Source: Bacteroidales bacterium
GTDB taxonomy: Bacteria > Bacteroidota > Bacteroidia > Bacteroidales > JAFGUD01
DNA length: 64,000 bases
Reading direction: 5' to 3'
Assembly (NCBI GenBank): GCA_016938685.1
Contig: JAFGUD010000262.1
Coordinates: 51-64,050, forward strand
Below, one piece after another: positions 32,031 to 39,466 of the stretch. The position numbers and the translations under genes are program-made. The notes under the pieces were generated by a model, which saw nothing but the letters and a program-made list of their open reading frames with translations, was not told the origin of the DNA and made no database searches. The first letter of the stretch is position 1. Each line of letters begins with the position of its first letter.

Positions 32031-32411
32031 TTATTCTTCAAAATATTTATCTAAATCTCTGCGGTCTTTTTTAGTTGGTCTGCCGGGTTTGTCTCTTTGA
32101 ATCTGTTTTGTTTGAAATTCGTAGTACATTTTCAATTTAAACAAATCTTCTTCTGTTGTAATTTCTTTAATGTATTCTTCTACAACTTTTGCGCCTACTC
32201 TTTTTTCTAAAAGCTGCTCAACTTTATAAACTCTGTATGTAACAGGCGTTTTAACAGAAATTTCATCGCCGACAACAACACTTCTTGATTGTTTTGCCAC
32301 AGTTTTGTTGACTAAAACAGAACCTTTAATACATGCAGCAGTAGCATCAGGACGTTTTTTAAATAGCCTAACTGCCCATAAAAATTTATCCAATCTAACT
32401 TTCTCTATCAT
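32031..32411 (-). CDS. hslR: S4-domain RNA-binding protein (Hsp15)
   Basis: RLDKFLWAVRLFK N-terminus and GRPTKKDRR C-terminus. Confidence 0.9.
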   Translation of the reverse strand: MIEKVRLDKFLWAVRLFKKRPDATAACIKGSVLVNKTVAKQSRSVVVGDEISVKTPVTYRVYKVEQLLEKRVGAKVVEEYIKEITTEEDLFKLKMYYEFQTKQIQRDKPGRPTKKDRRDLDKYFEE

Positions 32412-32971
32412 TTTATATTGTAAAAGTTCATTGTTCTTTCAATTCCGGTTGTAACAAATGAATTGATTGCATCAAAAATATGTTTTTTCCGGCTTTCTAT
32501 TTCTTTTCTTTCGTCTGCTGACCATTCTCCTAATACATAATCTATTTGCTCTCCCGGTCCAAATTCTTTGCCGATACCGAATCTTAACCTATTGAAATTT
32601 GAGTGCCCCAAAATTTCGGAAATATTTTTCAGACCATTATGTCCTCCATCACTTCCTTTTGTTCTAATTCTGACTTTCCCCAAGGGAATATTAATATCAT
32701 CAGTTAGAATTAAAACATTTTCTATTGGAATTTTTTCATTCTGCATCCAATATCTTAGAGCTTTTCCACTCAAATTCATATAGGTAGAAGGCTTTAAAAA
32801 AAAAACTTGTCTTCCTTTTATCTTTTTTTGTGCAATATCTCCGTATCGTTTGGTCTCAAAAATAATATTGGACGCTTCTACGTAGGCGTCCAATATTGTA
32901 AATCCGATATTGTGGCGGGTATTAGTGTACTCTGTTCCAATATTACCCAAACCAACTATCAAATATTTCAT
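32408..32971 (-). CDS. pth: Peptidyl-tRNA hydrolase
   Basis: LIVGLGN, TRHNIGF, KPSTYMNLSG, GGHNGLK, RLRFGIG. Confidence 0.97.
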   Translation of the reverse strand: MKYLIVGLGNIGTEYTNTRHNIGFTILDAYVEASNIIFETKRYGDIAQKKIKGRQVFFLKPSTYMNLSGKALRYWMQNEKIPIENVLILTDDINIPLGKVRIRTKGSDGGHNGLKNISEILGHSNFNRLRFGIGKEFGPGEQIDYVLGEWSADERKEIESRKKHIFDAINSFVTTGIERTMNFYNIK

Positions 32972-33069
32972 CTGTTTATTATTTTATTATTTAATATGTA
33001 CAGATGGAACTCCCATGATAATCATTTCTATGTGAGTAATAAAAAGTATCATGGTTGTTTCATAAAATA

Positions 33070-33684
33070 CTATTCTTCTGTTTTTTCTTCTGTTGTTTCG
33101 TCTTCTTCGTCAGATTCTGAATCAGCTTTACTCATTGCAGCACGAGTTAATTTAACCATAGCTACTACGTCACTTGCAGGCTCTAAGATTTCAATGTTTT
33201 CGTGTTTCATTTCTTTAATTTGCAAAGACTTACCAATAGTTAGGTTTGTTACATCTATTTCTAGTTGATCAGGAATGTTTTCCAAAGAAGCTTTTATATT
33301 GATATAATGTTTCATTTGGTATAGGTGTCCCCCAGCTTGTACTCCTTTTGCAAAACCAGTAAGAGTAACAGGTATAAACATTTTGACAGGTTTGTCTTCG
33401 CTAACTCTTAAAAAATCAACATGAAGGGTGTTATCTTTAACAGGGTGAAATTGAGCGTCTTTCTTGATGCAAGTATAAACTTCACCTTCTACATCTAAGT
33501 TAATAATATATACTTTGTTTGTGAAAATTACGTTTTTTAATTCTTTAACAGAAATAGCAAAAAGTACATTTTCTTTTTCGTTGCCGTATAAAACTCCGGG
33601 AACTAAGCCTTCTTTGCGAAGTATTTTGTTGTGTTTTTTGCCGGTTTCTACTCTTTTAGTTGCTTTTAAAGTAATTGTTTTCAT
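33070..33684 (-). CDS. rplY: 50S ribosomal protein bL25 / general stress protein Ctc
   Basis: LRKEGLVPGVLYG, QFHPV, HVDF, GVQAGG, acidic tail; lies upstream of pth. Confidence 0.95.
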   Translation of the reverse strand: MKTITLKATKRVETGKKHNKILRKEGLVPGVLYGNEKENVLFAISVKELKNVIFTNKVYIINLDVEGEVYTCIKKDAQFHPVKDNTLHVDFLRVSEDKPVKMFIPVTLTGFAKGVQAGGHLYQMKHYINIKASLENIPDQLEIDVTNLTIGKSLQIKEMKHENIEILEPASDVVAMVKLTRAAMSKADSESDEEDETTEEKTEE

Positions 33685-33698
33685 TTTAATAGATTTTT

Positions 33699-33742
33699 GT
33701 GCTACTCAAATCTGAAACATCTGTTTTAGATTCCCATCACAC
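33699..33742 (-). promoter_or_regulatory. Candidate rplY leader hairpin with a 5S rRNA loop E-like internal loop
   Basis: GUGU-GAUGGGA-AUCUAAAAA-type stem reading GUGU GAUGGGA AUCUAAAACAGAUGUUUCAGAU UUGAGUA GCAC, ending 14 nt before the AUG. Confidence 0.6.
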
Positions 33743-33760
33743 GTTAAACAAAATTGCGTG

Positions 33761-33768
33761 CAAAAATA
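33761..33768 (-). promoter_or_regulatory. Sigma-A -7 element (TATTTTTG) for rplY
   Basis: CAAAAATA on the plus strand is TAnnTTTG on the minus strand, just upstream of the leader hairpin. Confidence 0.6.
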
Positions 33769-33924
33769 GTAACTTTTATTTTAATTGCAATCATTTTGCT
33801 GTTTTTTATTTGTCAAAAAAGAACGTAATATTACTAAAGTTTTTGCACCTTTGGGAAAACAAATTATTATTGATAATTTTGAACAAGATTTTTGCAGTTA
33901 ATTGTGTAAATAATTTTATCTGAA

Positions 33925-35169
33925 ATGAAAAAACAAAAATTTCCATTATATCTTCAAATACTATTGGCGCTTATTTTAGGCGTATTATTTGGAATTTTTT
34001 TACCTGAAAAAGTGGAATATGTAAGTTGGATGGGTGAGATTTTCATGCGTGCCTTGAAAATGATAATTATACCGCTCATTTTAACTTCTATTATTTCCGG
34101 TGTGGCAAATATTGGTGGAACAGACAATCTAGGGAGACTTGGACTTAGAACTATCGGATACTATATGCTTACTAGTCTTTTGGCTATTGTTACAGGATTG
34201 TTTTTTGTTAATATTTTTAAACCTGGTGTTGGTTTTGATCTGAAATCTACCGAACCTATTCAGGATATTGCAGTTTCTGATAATCCGTTTATGGATACAC
34301 TGATGAATATTGTTCCAACTAATATTTTCCAGGCATTTAATGAAAGTAATATGCTTTCAATTATATTTTTTGCATTGCTTTTCGGTTTTTTTATTACTAC
34401 TATCAGAAAAGATTACAGCAAACTTTTGGTGGATTTTTTTAACGCTTCGTTTGAAGCTATGATGAAGCTTACTCAGTTTATTATTAAATTTACTCCTTTT
34501 GGTATTTTTGGAATTATTGCAAAAGTTGTTTCAGAGCAGGATAATTTAGGCGAATTAGCCGGAAGATTAGGAATTTACATGTTAGTTGTACTTGCCGGAT
34601 TGTTTTTTCATGCTTTTATTACTTTGCCTACACTTGTTCGTACTATTGGAAGGGTTAATCCTATCAAACATTTTAGATTAATGGTTTCTACGTTGTTAAC
34701 TGCCTTTTCAACTTCATCTTCAGGTGCAACTCTTTCTTTAACAATGGATACTGTTAAAAACAAAGTTGGAGTTTCAAATAAAATTGCAAGTTTTACTTTG
34801 CCTCTTGGTGCTACAATAAATATGGATGGAACTGCGCTTTATGAGTTGGTTGTGGCAATGTTTATTGCTCAGGCTTATGGAATAGAATTAACAATAACTC
34901 AGCAATTTATTGCTGTTTTTACAGCATTGCTCGCTTCTATTGGTGCGGCAGGAATTCCAATGGCTGGACTTGTTATGATTTCTGTTATCCTCTCTACGTT
35001 AGGATTACCGTTGGAAGGCTTAGGGTTGGTTATTGCCGTTGATAGAATTTTAGATATGTTCAGAACCGCTGTAAATGTATGGAGCGACAGTTGTGCTGCT
35101 GTTATTATTGCTAAAAAAGAAGGAGAAACTCTTTTGATTGAAAATGAGAAAACATTGAACAAAGTTTAA
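33925..35169 (+). CDS. Dicarboxylate/amino acid:cation symporter (DAACS, GltP-like)
   Basis: RALKMIIIPL, AFSTSSSGATL, PLGATINMDGTALY, DRILDMFRTAVNV. Confidence 0.95.
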   Translation: MKKQKFPLYLQILLALILGVLFGIFLPEKVEYVSWMGEIFMRALKMIIIPLILTSIISGVANIGGTDNLGRLGLRTIGYYMLTSLLAIVTGLFFVNIFKPGVGFDLKSTEPIQDIAVSDNPFMDTLMNIVPTNIFQAFNESNMLSIIFFALLFGFFITTIRKDYSKLLVDFFNASFEAMMKLTQFIIKFTPFGIFGIIAKVVSEQDNLGELAGRLGIYMLVVLAGLFFHAFITLPTLVRTIGRVNPIKHFRLMVSTLLTAFSTSSSGATLSLTMDTVKNKVGVSNKIASFTLPLGATINMDGTALYELVVAMFIAQAYGIELTITQQFIAVFTALLASIGAAGIPMAGLVMISVILSTLGLPLEGLGLVIAVDRILDMFRTAVNVWSDSCAAVIIAKKEGETLLIENEKTLNKV

Positions 35170-35316
35170 AAATGTACTTGTTAGAACGTTCAGGTTGTGT
35201 TGATATCTAAATATTTCATTGATAATACGATTTTCAAACTCCAAGAATACTTCAAAAATATGAATTTTAAGTATCAATTACTTATTTTAGAGCTTTAACT
35301 TTTTTATATTATCCTG

Positions 35317-35400
35317 TTTGTCACTCCGACGAAAGGAGGAGTCTGAACGGAGATAGATTTTTACGAGTAAGAGACTCCTCTTTTTTCAGAGTAATACAAA
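35317..35400. repeat. REP-like imperfect palindromic element
   Basis: TTTGTCACTCCGACGAAAGGAGGAGTCT ... AGACTCCTCTTTTTTCAGAGTAATACAAA; GC-rich arms in an AT-rich gap between convergent genes. Confidence 0.6.
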
Positions 35401-35560
35401 GTTTGTTGTTGAAAAATAAGATAAACAAAAATCTGTCAAGTAATTAGTATCGTCACATTCTTTAAGTTGCTAACTATTCTCAGACCATATAATTACATTA
35501 TTGTTCGCAAAAAAGCAATAGTGATTTAAGTTTAAATATTCAAAATTTAAGAAGGATGTG

Positions 35561-37810
35561 TTACAATTTAAAGCCTAAAATTAAAACATCATCAAGTTGT
35601 CTGAATTTTTTCAGAGGTGAGTTTCGCCAGTTTTCAAAAATGTTTTCATATAAAAAGCGTTGCTCTTGCATAGGTAGTTGGTGATTTTCCCAAAATAGCT
35701 CTCTCAGTTGTTTTGGACTGAATTTTCGTCCATCTGGGCCACCAAATTGATCTTGGTATCCGTCTGAAAACATATATATTCTATCACCTTTTTTGTATTC
35801 TATTTCTTTGTTTGAAAAGTCGGATTCTTTTTTTATAAAATGATAACCAACAGGCATTCTGTCAGCGGCGATTATAGAAAGTTCATTATCTCTGATTAGC
35901 AACATCGGATTATAAGCTCCGGCAAAATTAATTTTATTGTTTTCAAAGTCAATAATTGTTAAAGCCATGTCCATTCCTTCTTGTGGTCCATCTTCCATTC
36001 CGTGTCCAAGCGAAGTAACAACCATTTCGCGCATTCTGTTCAAAATATCGGCGGCTGTTAGTTTTTCCGGTTTGTTTCTATATTCTTGATTTACAATCTG
36101 ATTTAGAAATGATATCCCCAGCATGCTCATAAATGCTCCCGGAACTCCATGTCCTGTGCAGTCTGCGGCTGTAATTACCAGTTTATTACCAATTTTTGAT
36201 GCCCAAAAATAATCTCCCGAAACAATATCTCGAGGTTTGTATAAAATAAAATAATCTTCAAGGTTTTTTTCTAAGAAAGCAAACGGTGTAAGCAAGGCTC
36301 GTTGTATCCTCTGAGCATAGTTTATACTTGATGTAATTTCTTTGTTTTGTTTTTCTACAAATTCTTTTTGTCTTTCAATTTCGTCTCTTTGAGCTTCTAT
36401 TTCTTCGTTGCTTTGGTTTAGTTGTGTGTTTTTTAAGCTAATTTGAGCGTTTTTATCTTCAAGTAGTTTGTTCGTCTTTTGTTTTTGTCTATAACTCCTG
36501 AATATCAAAAAAGCAACAATTATCATCATAATAAAACCAACCAAAAAGAATAACGAAACCAGCTTTTGTCTTTTAATTTGAGCGTCTTGAATAGCATCTT
36601 TCTTCTGTTGTTCCAGTTCTTGCATTTTTTGTTTTTTGTCAAATTCATATTGCATAGATAGCTGGGTCATTTCTTTTGTTTTGCTGTCGTTATATAGAGA
36701 ATCTTTTAGTTTGCTGTGTTCGTGATAGAAGTCAAACGCTAATTTATATCTGCCTGTGTTGTAGTATAAATCTGCTAAATTTGCTAGAATTGTCTCGGTT
36801 ACCTGTTCTGTGTGTAAGTTGTTAGATAATTCTAGAGCTTCTTTTAAATATTTCTCAGCATTTTTGTAATCATTAATTAAAAGATAGTAACTCCCCATTT
36901 TTGATAATGAATTAACAATGCCAAAAGAATTGTTATCTTCTATTCTTAGTTCCATACTTTTGTTAAGATAGAAATATGCACTGTCGTATTTTTCTTCATC
37001 TAAAAAACAAGAACCAATAGTTTCGTACGCAGTAGCTTCTAGTCTTATTATTCCAATTTCTGAACTGACATTTATACATTTTCTTGAATAAAAAACTGCA
37101 CTATCTCTAAGAATTATGCTATTTAGAGTGTCTTTTTCTACTGATAGTTTTTTTGAAGAAAGAAAGTAGTAAACGCTACTTATATATAAATATGTTGATG
37201 CTATATTGTATTTGTCATCAACTTCAATAAATATTTCTAATGCTCTATTGAAATACACAAAAGAAGAATCTTCATTGTTTTGCATAGATGAAAATAAAAG
37301 ACCTATTGCGCTGTATGTTTTTGCTTTGCCTAACGTGTCTCCAATTTCAACTCTAAGTTTTAGGCTTTCAAGATAAAGAGAGAGTGATGTTTCCCAGTTT
37401 CCTATTTGGCTATGTACGTTGCCTAAATTTCGATATGCAATTGCTTCGCCTTTTTTGTTTTTTGCTTTTTGGTAATTTTCAAGACTTTTTTCGTATAAAT
37501 CTAATGCTTCTTGGTATGCTGCGTTGTAGTAATAATATGCCGCCAAATTCTTTTGTGCTGTTGCTACTCCTGTCCAGTATTCAAGTTTTGTGGCTAATTC
37601 TATACTTTTATCTGCACAAAAAACAGAGTTTGTTGAGTCAAAATAACTTATTTGCCAAATTAAATCGTTGTAAGCTATTACTTTATTAGTGTCGTTTGGT
37701 AGTTTGTTTATGCTGTCTACCATAAATTTTATTTCTTCGTCAGTTTGCGAAAAAACACTTGAAGAAAAAAGGCCAAGAAGTATTATTGTGAGGAAAAATA
37801 TGTGTTTCAA
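35561..37810 (-). CDS. TPR-repeat membrane sensor with SpoIIE/PP2C phosphatase domain
   Basis: Signal peptide, TPR repeats, one TM, coiled coil, SINYAQRIQ, PRDIVSGDY, ADCTGHGVPGA, SDGYQDQFGG, LDD. Confidence 0.9.
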   Translation of the reverse strand: MKHIFFLTIILLGLFSSSVFSQTDEEIKFMVDSINKLPNDTNKVIAYNDLIWQISYFDSTNSVFCADKSIELATKLEYWTGVATAQKNLAAYYYYNAAYQEALDLYEKSLENYQKAKNKKGEAIAYRNLGNVHSQIGNWETSLSLYLESLKLRVEIGDTLGKAKTYSAIGLLFSSMQNNEDSSFVYFNRALEIFIEVDDKYNIASTYLYISSVYYFLSSKKLSVEKDTLNSIILRDSAVFYSRKCINVSSEIGIIRLEATAYETIGSCFLDEEKYDSAYFYLNKSMELRIEDNNSFGIVNSLSKMGSYYLLINDYKNAEKYLKEALELSNNLHTEQVTETILANLADLYYNTGRYKLAFDFYHEHSKLKDSLYNDSKTKEMTQLSMQYEFDKKQKMQELEQQKKDAIQDAQIKRQKLVSLFFLVGFIMMIIVAFLIFRSYRQKQKTNKLLEDKNAQISLKNTQLNQSNEEIEAQRDEIERQKEFVEKQNKEITSSINYAQRIQRALLTPFAFLEKNLEDYFILYKPRDIVSGDYFWASKIGNKLVITAADCTGHGVPGAFMSMLGISFLNQIVNQEYRNKPEKLTAADILNRMREMVVTSLGHGMEDGPQEGMDMALTIIDFENNKINFAGAYNPMLLIRDNELSIIAADRMPVGYHFIKKESDFSNKEIEYKKGDRIYMFSDGYQDQFGGPDGRKFSPKQLRELFWENHQLPMQEQRFLYENIFENWRNSPLKKFRQLDDVLILGFKL

Positions 37811-37876
37811 AATCGTTATTTTTAGGTAAGCAAAATAATACTAAAAATTCTTTTTTTGCAAAAAAAATATAGTTGC

Positions 37877-37924
37877 TTGGTATTGTGAATTTTGTGTGTC
37901 AGATTGATATTGGTATTGTGAATT
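37877..37924. repeat. 15-bp direct repeat TTGGTATTGTGAATT (two copies)
   Basis: Exact copies at 37877-37891 and 37910-37924. Confidence 0.7.
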
Positions 37925-38263
37925 ATTTTTAGGAAATTCAAGAAAAAAAGTGGTTACTTGGTTTGGTTATGAACTAATATTTTAGTTTTAAGCTCTGTTT
38001 AGTTGATGCTTGACTTCTTTTAATATTGTTATATTTGTGTTTGGCTGAAAATTTAAGTTTAAAATTTTTAGAATAATTGATTTTAATAGGGCCGCAAAAA
38101 ATCAATATGTGCATTAAGTGTTTGATATTATGGGTTATAGGAATTGTGATAGAAGAAGAAAGAGTTGTGTGAAGTTTTTTGTCCATTGATTCTTTCGTCT
38201 TTTTAACAAAAAAAATTATATTTGTGCGAATTTATTTTTATTAACTTTAATTTTTATATTAAA

Positions 38264-38509
38264 ATGGTTCTTTACGTTGGTAATATGTTTTTTGGTCTTA
38301 CAGAAGACCAGTTAAAAGAAGTTTTTGAATCTTATGGACATGTAGATTCAGTTAAAATAGTAAGAGATCGAGAAACCGGCAGAAGTCGTGGATTTGGTTT
38401 TGTTGAAATGAGCAATGATGATGAAGCTCAACTTGCATTGAACGAACTAAATGGCAAAGAAGTTGGTGGCCGAAACATAATTGTTAACCATGCTACAAAG
38501 CAAGACTAA
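38264..38509 (+). CDS. RRM-domain RNA-binding protein
   Basis: RNP2 LYVGNM and RNP1 RGFGFVEM; probable start at ATG 38264. Confidence 0.93.
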   Translation: MVLYVGNMFFGLTEDQLKEVFESYGHVDSVKIVRDRETGRSRGFGFVEMSNDDEAQLALNELNGKEVGGRNIIVNHATKQD

Positions 38510-38536
38510 TTGATTTTTTTGTTTATTGAGCAAAAT

Positions 38537-38576
38537 AAACTTTGTGTCGGCTTTTTGTCGGGCAAAGTTTTTTTTT
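38537..38576 (+). terminator. Probable intrinsic terminator after the RRM gene
   Basis: AAACTTTG...CAAAGTTT stem with G-U pairs, followed by a T tract. Confidence 0.5.
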
Positions 38577-38585
38577 ATTTTATTT

Positions 38586-39260
38586 ATGAAAATTTTTGAT
38601 TTTGAAATAGAAAAAATAATTAAGTCCAAACGAAAAACTATTTCGCTTGCTGTTTTGCCGAACGGAAAATTGGAGTTAAAAACTCCTAATAAAATTTCCG
38701 AAAAACAAATCGAAGAGATTATTTTAAGGCATCAAAGATGGATAGTAAAGCGTCAGCAAAATTTGTTGGAAAATATGTATACGCCTAAAACATTTTACGA
38801 GGGTGAAAAATTACTTCTTCTTGGAAATGAATATTCTTTGAAATTTGTAAAAGGTTTGAAATTGCCTGAAATCAGAGATAATTTTATTATTATAGATAAT
38901 GAAAAGCATGATAATTTACATGATTTTTTTACTTTTTGGTATCGTGAATTTGCTTTCAAAATTTTTAAAGAGCGAATAGATGGATATTCAAAAATCATGA
39001 ATTTACAATATGATTCGCTTAAAATTTCAAATGCTAAAACTCGTTGGGGTTCTTGTAGTAGTAAAAAAAATATTAATCTGTCATGGCGTTTAATTATGGC
39101 TCCAATGAAAATAGTGGATTACGTTATTATCCATGAGTTGGCACATTTAAAAGAACTTAATCATTCTCCAAAATTTTGGGCAGTTGTAGAAGGAGCAATG
39201 CCAGATTACAAAATTTACCGTAGTTGGCTTAAAAAAAATGGTCATACTCTTAGTTTTTAA
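38586..39260 (+). CDS. YgjP/DUF45 (M48/SprT-like) zinc metallohydrolase
   Basis: KTRWGSCS, YVIIHELAHLKELNHSPKFW; probable start at ATG 38586. Confidence 0.92.
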   Translation: MKIFDFEIEKIIKSKRKTISLAVLPNGKLELKTPNKISEKQIEEIILRHQRWIVKRQQNLLENMYTPKTFYEGEKLLLLGNEYSLKFVKGLKLPEIRDNFIIIDNEKHDNLHDFFTFWYREFAFKIFKERIDGYSKIMNLQYDSLKISNAKTRWGSCSSKKNINLSWRLIMAPMKIVDYVIIHELAHLKELNHSPKFWAVVEGAMPDYKIYRSWLKKNGHTLSF

Positions 39261-39358
39261 TTTCAGTTTTCCAGTCTTTCAGTCCTCAGTCTTTCAAGAA
39301 TCAGGTTTTCATCATTCTATTATTTAATCATTCTATCATTCAATAATTCTATTATTCT
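39261..39358. repeat. Degenerate octamer tandem tract in two blocks
   Basis: TTTCAGTC-type units from 39261, then six ATCATTCT-type units at 39311-39358. Confidence 0.75.
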
Positions 39359-39466
39359 TTATTTTTCCCTGTCTTCCGCTGTCACTTTTTATTTAATTTC
39401 TAATCTAATGTATGTTTATTGAAAAAAAACGATTTAATTTACAATTCAAAACTAATTTATAAGTGT

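Noticed and set aside
33004-33063. Imperfect hairpin between rplY and pth (CCATGATA / TATCATGG)
   Set aside because: Large loop and no clear U tract; it may be a stability element but cannot be supported as a terminator or ncRNA.
32807-33268. 153-aa plus-strand ORF
   Set aside because: Antisense shadow of pth and rplY; the Ser run mirrors the acidic rplY tail.
35170-35560. Gene remnant or sRNA in the 390-bp convergent gap
   Set aside because: Apart from the REP-like palindrome, no recognisable reading frame, promoter-terminator pair or structure.
37974-38186. 70-aa intergenic ORF on the minus strand
   Set aside because: No motif, signal peptide or promoter support; cannot be told from a chance ORF.
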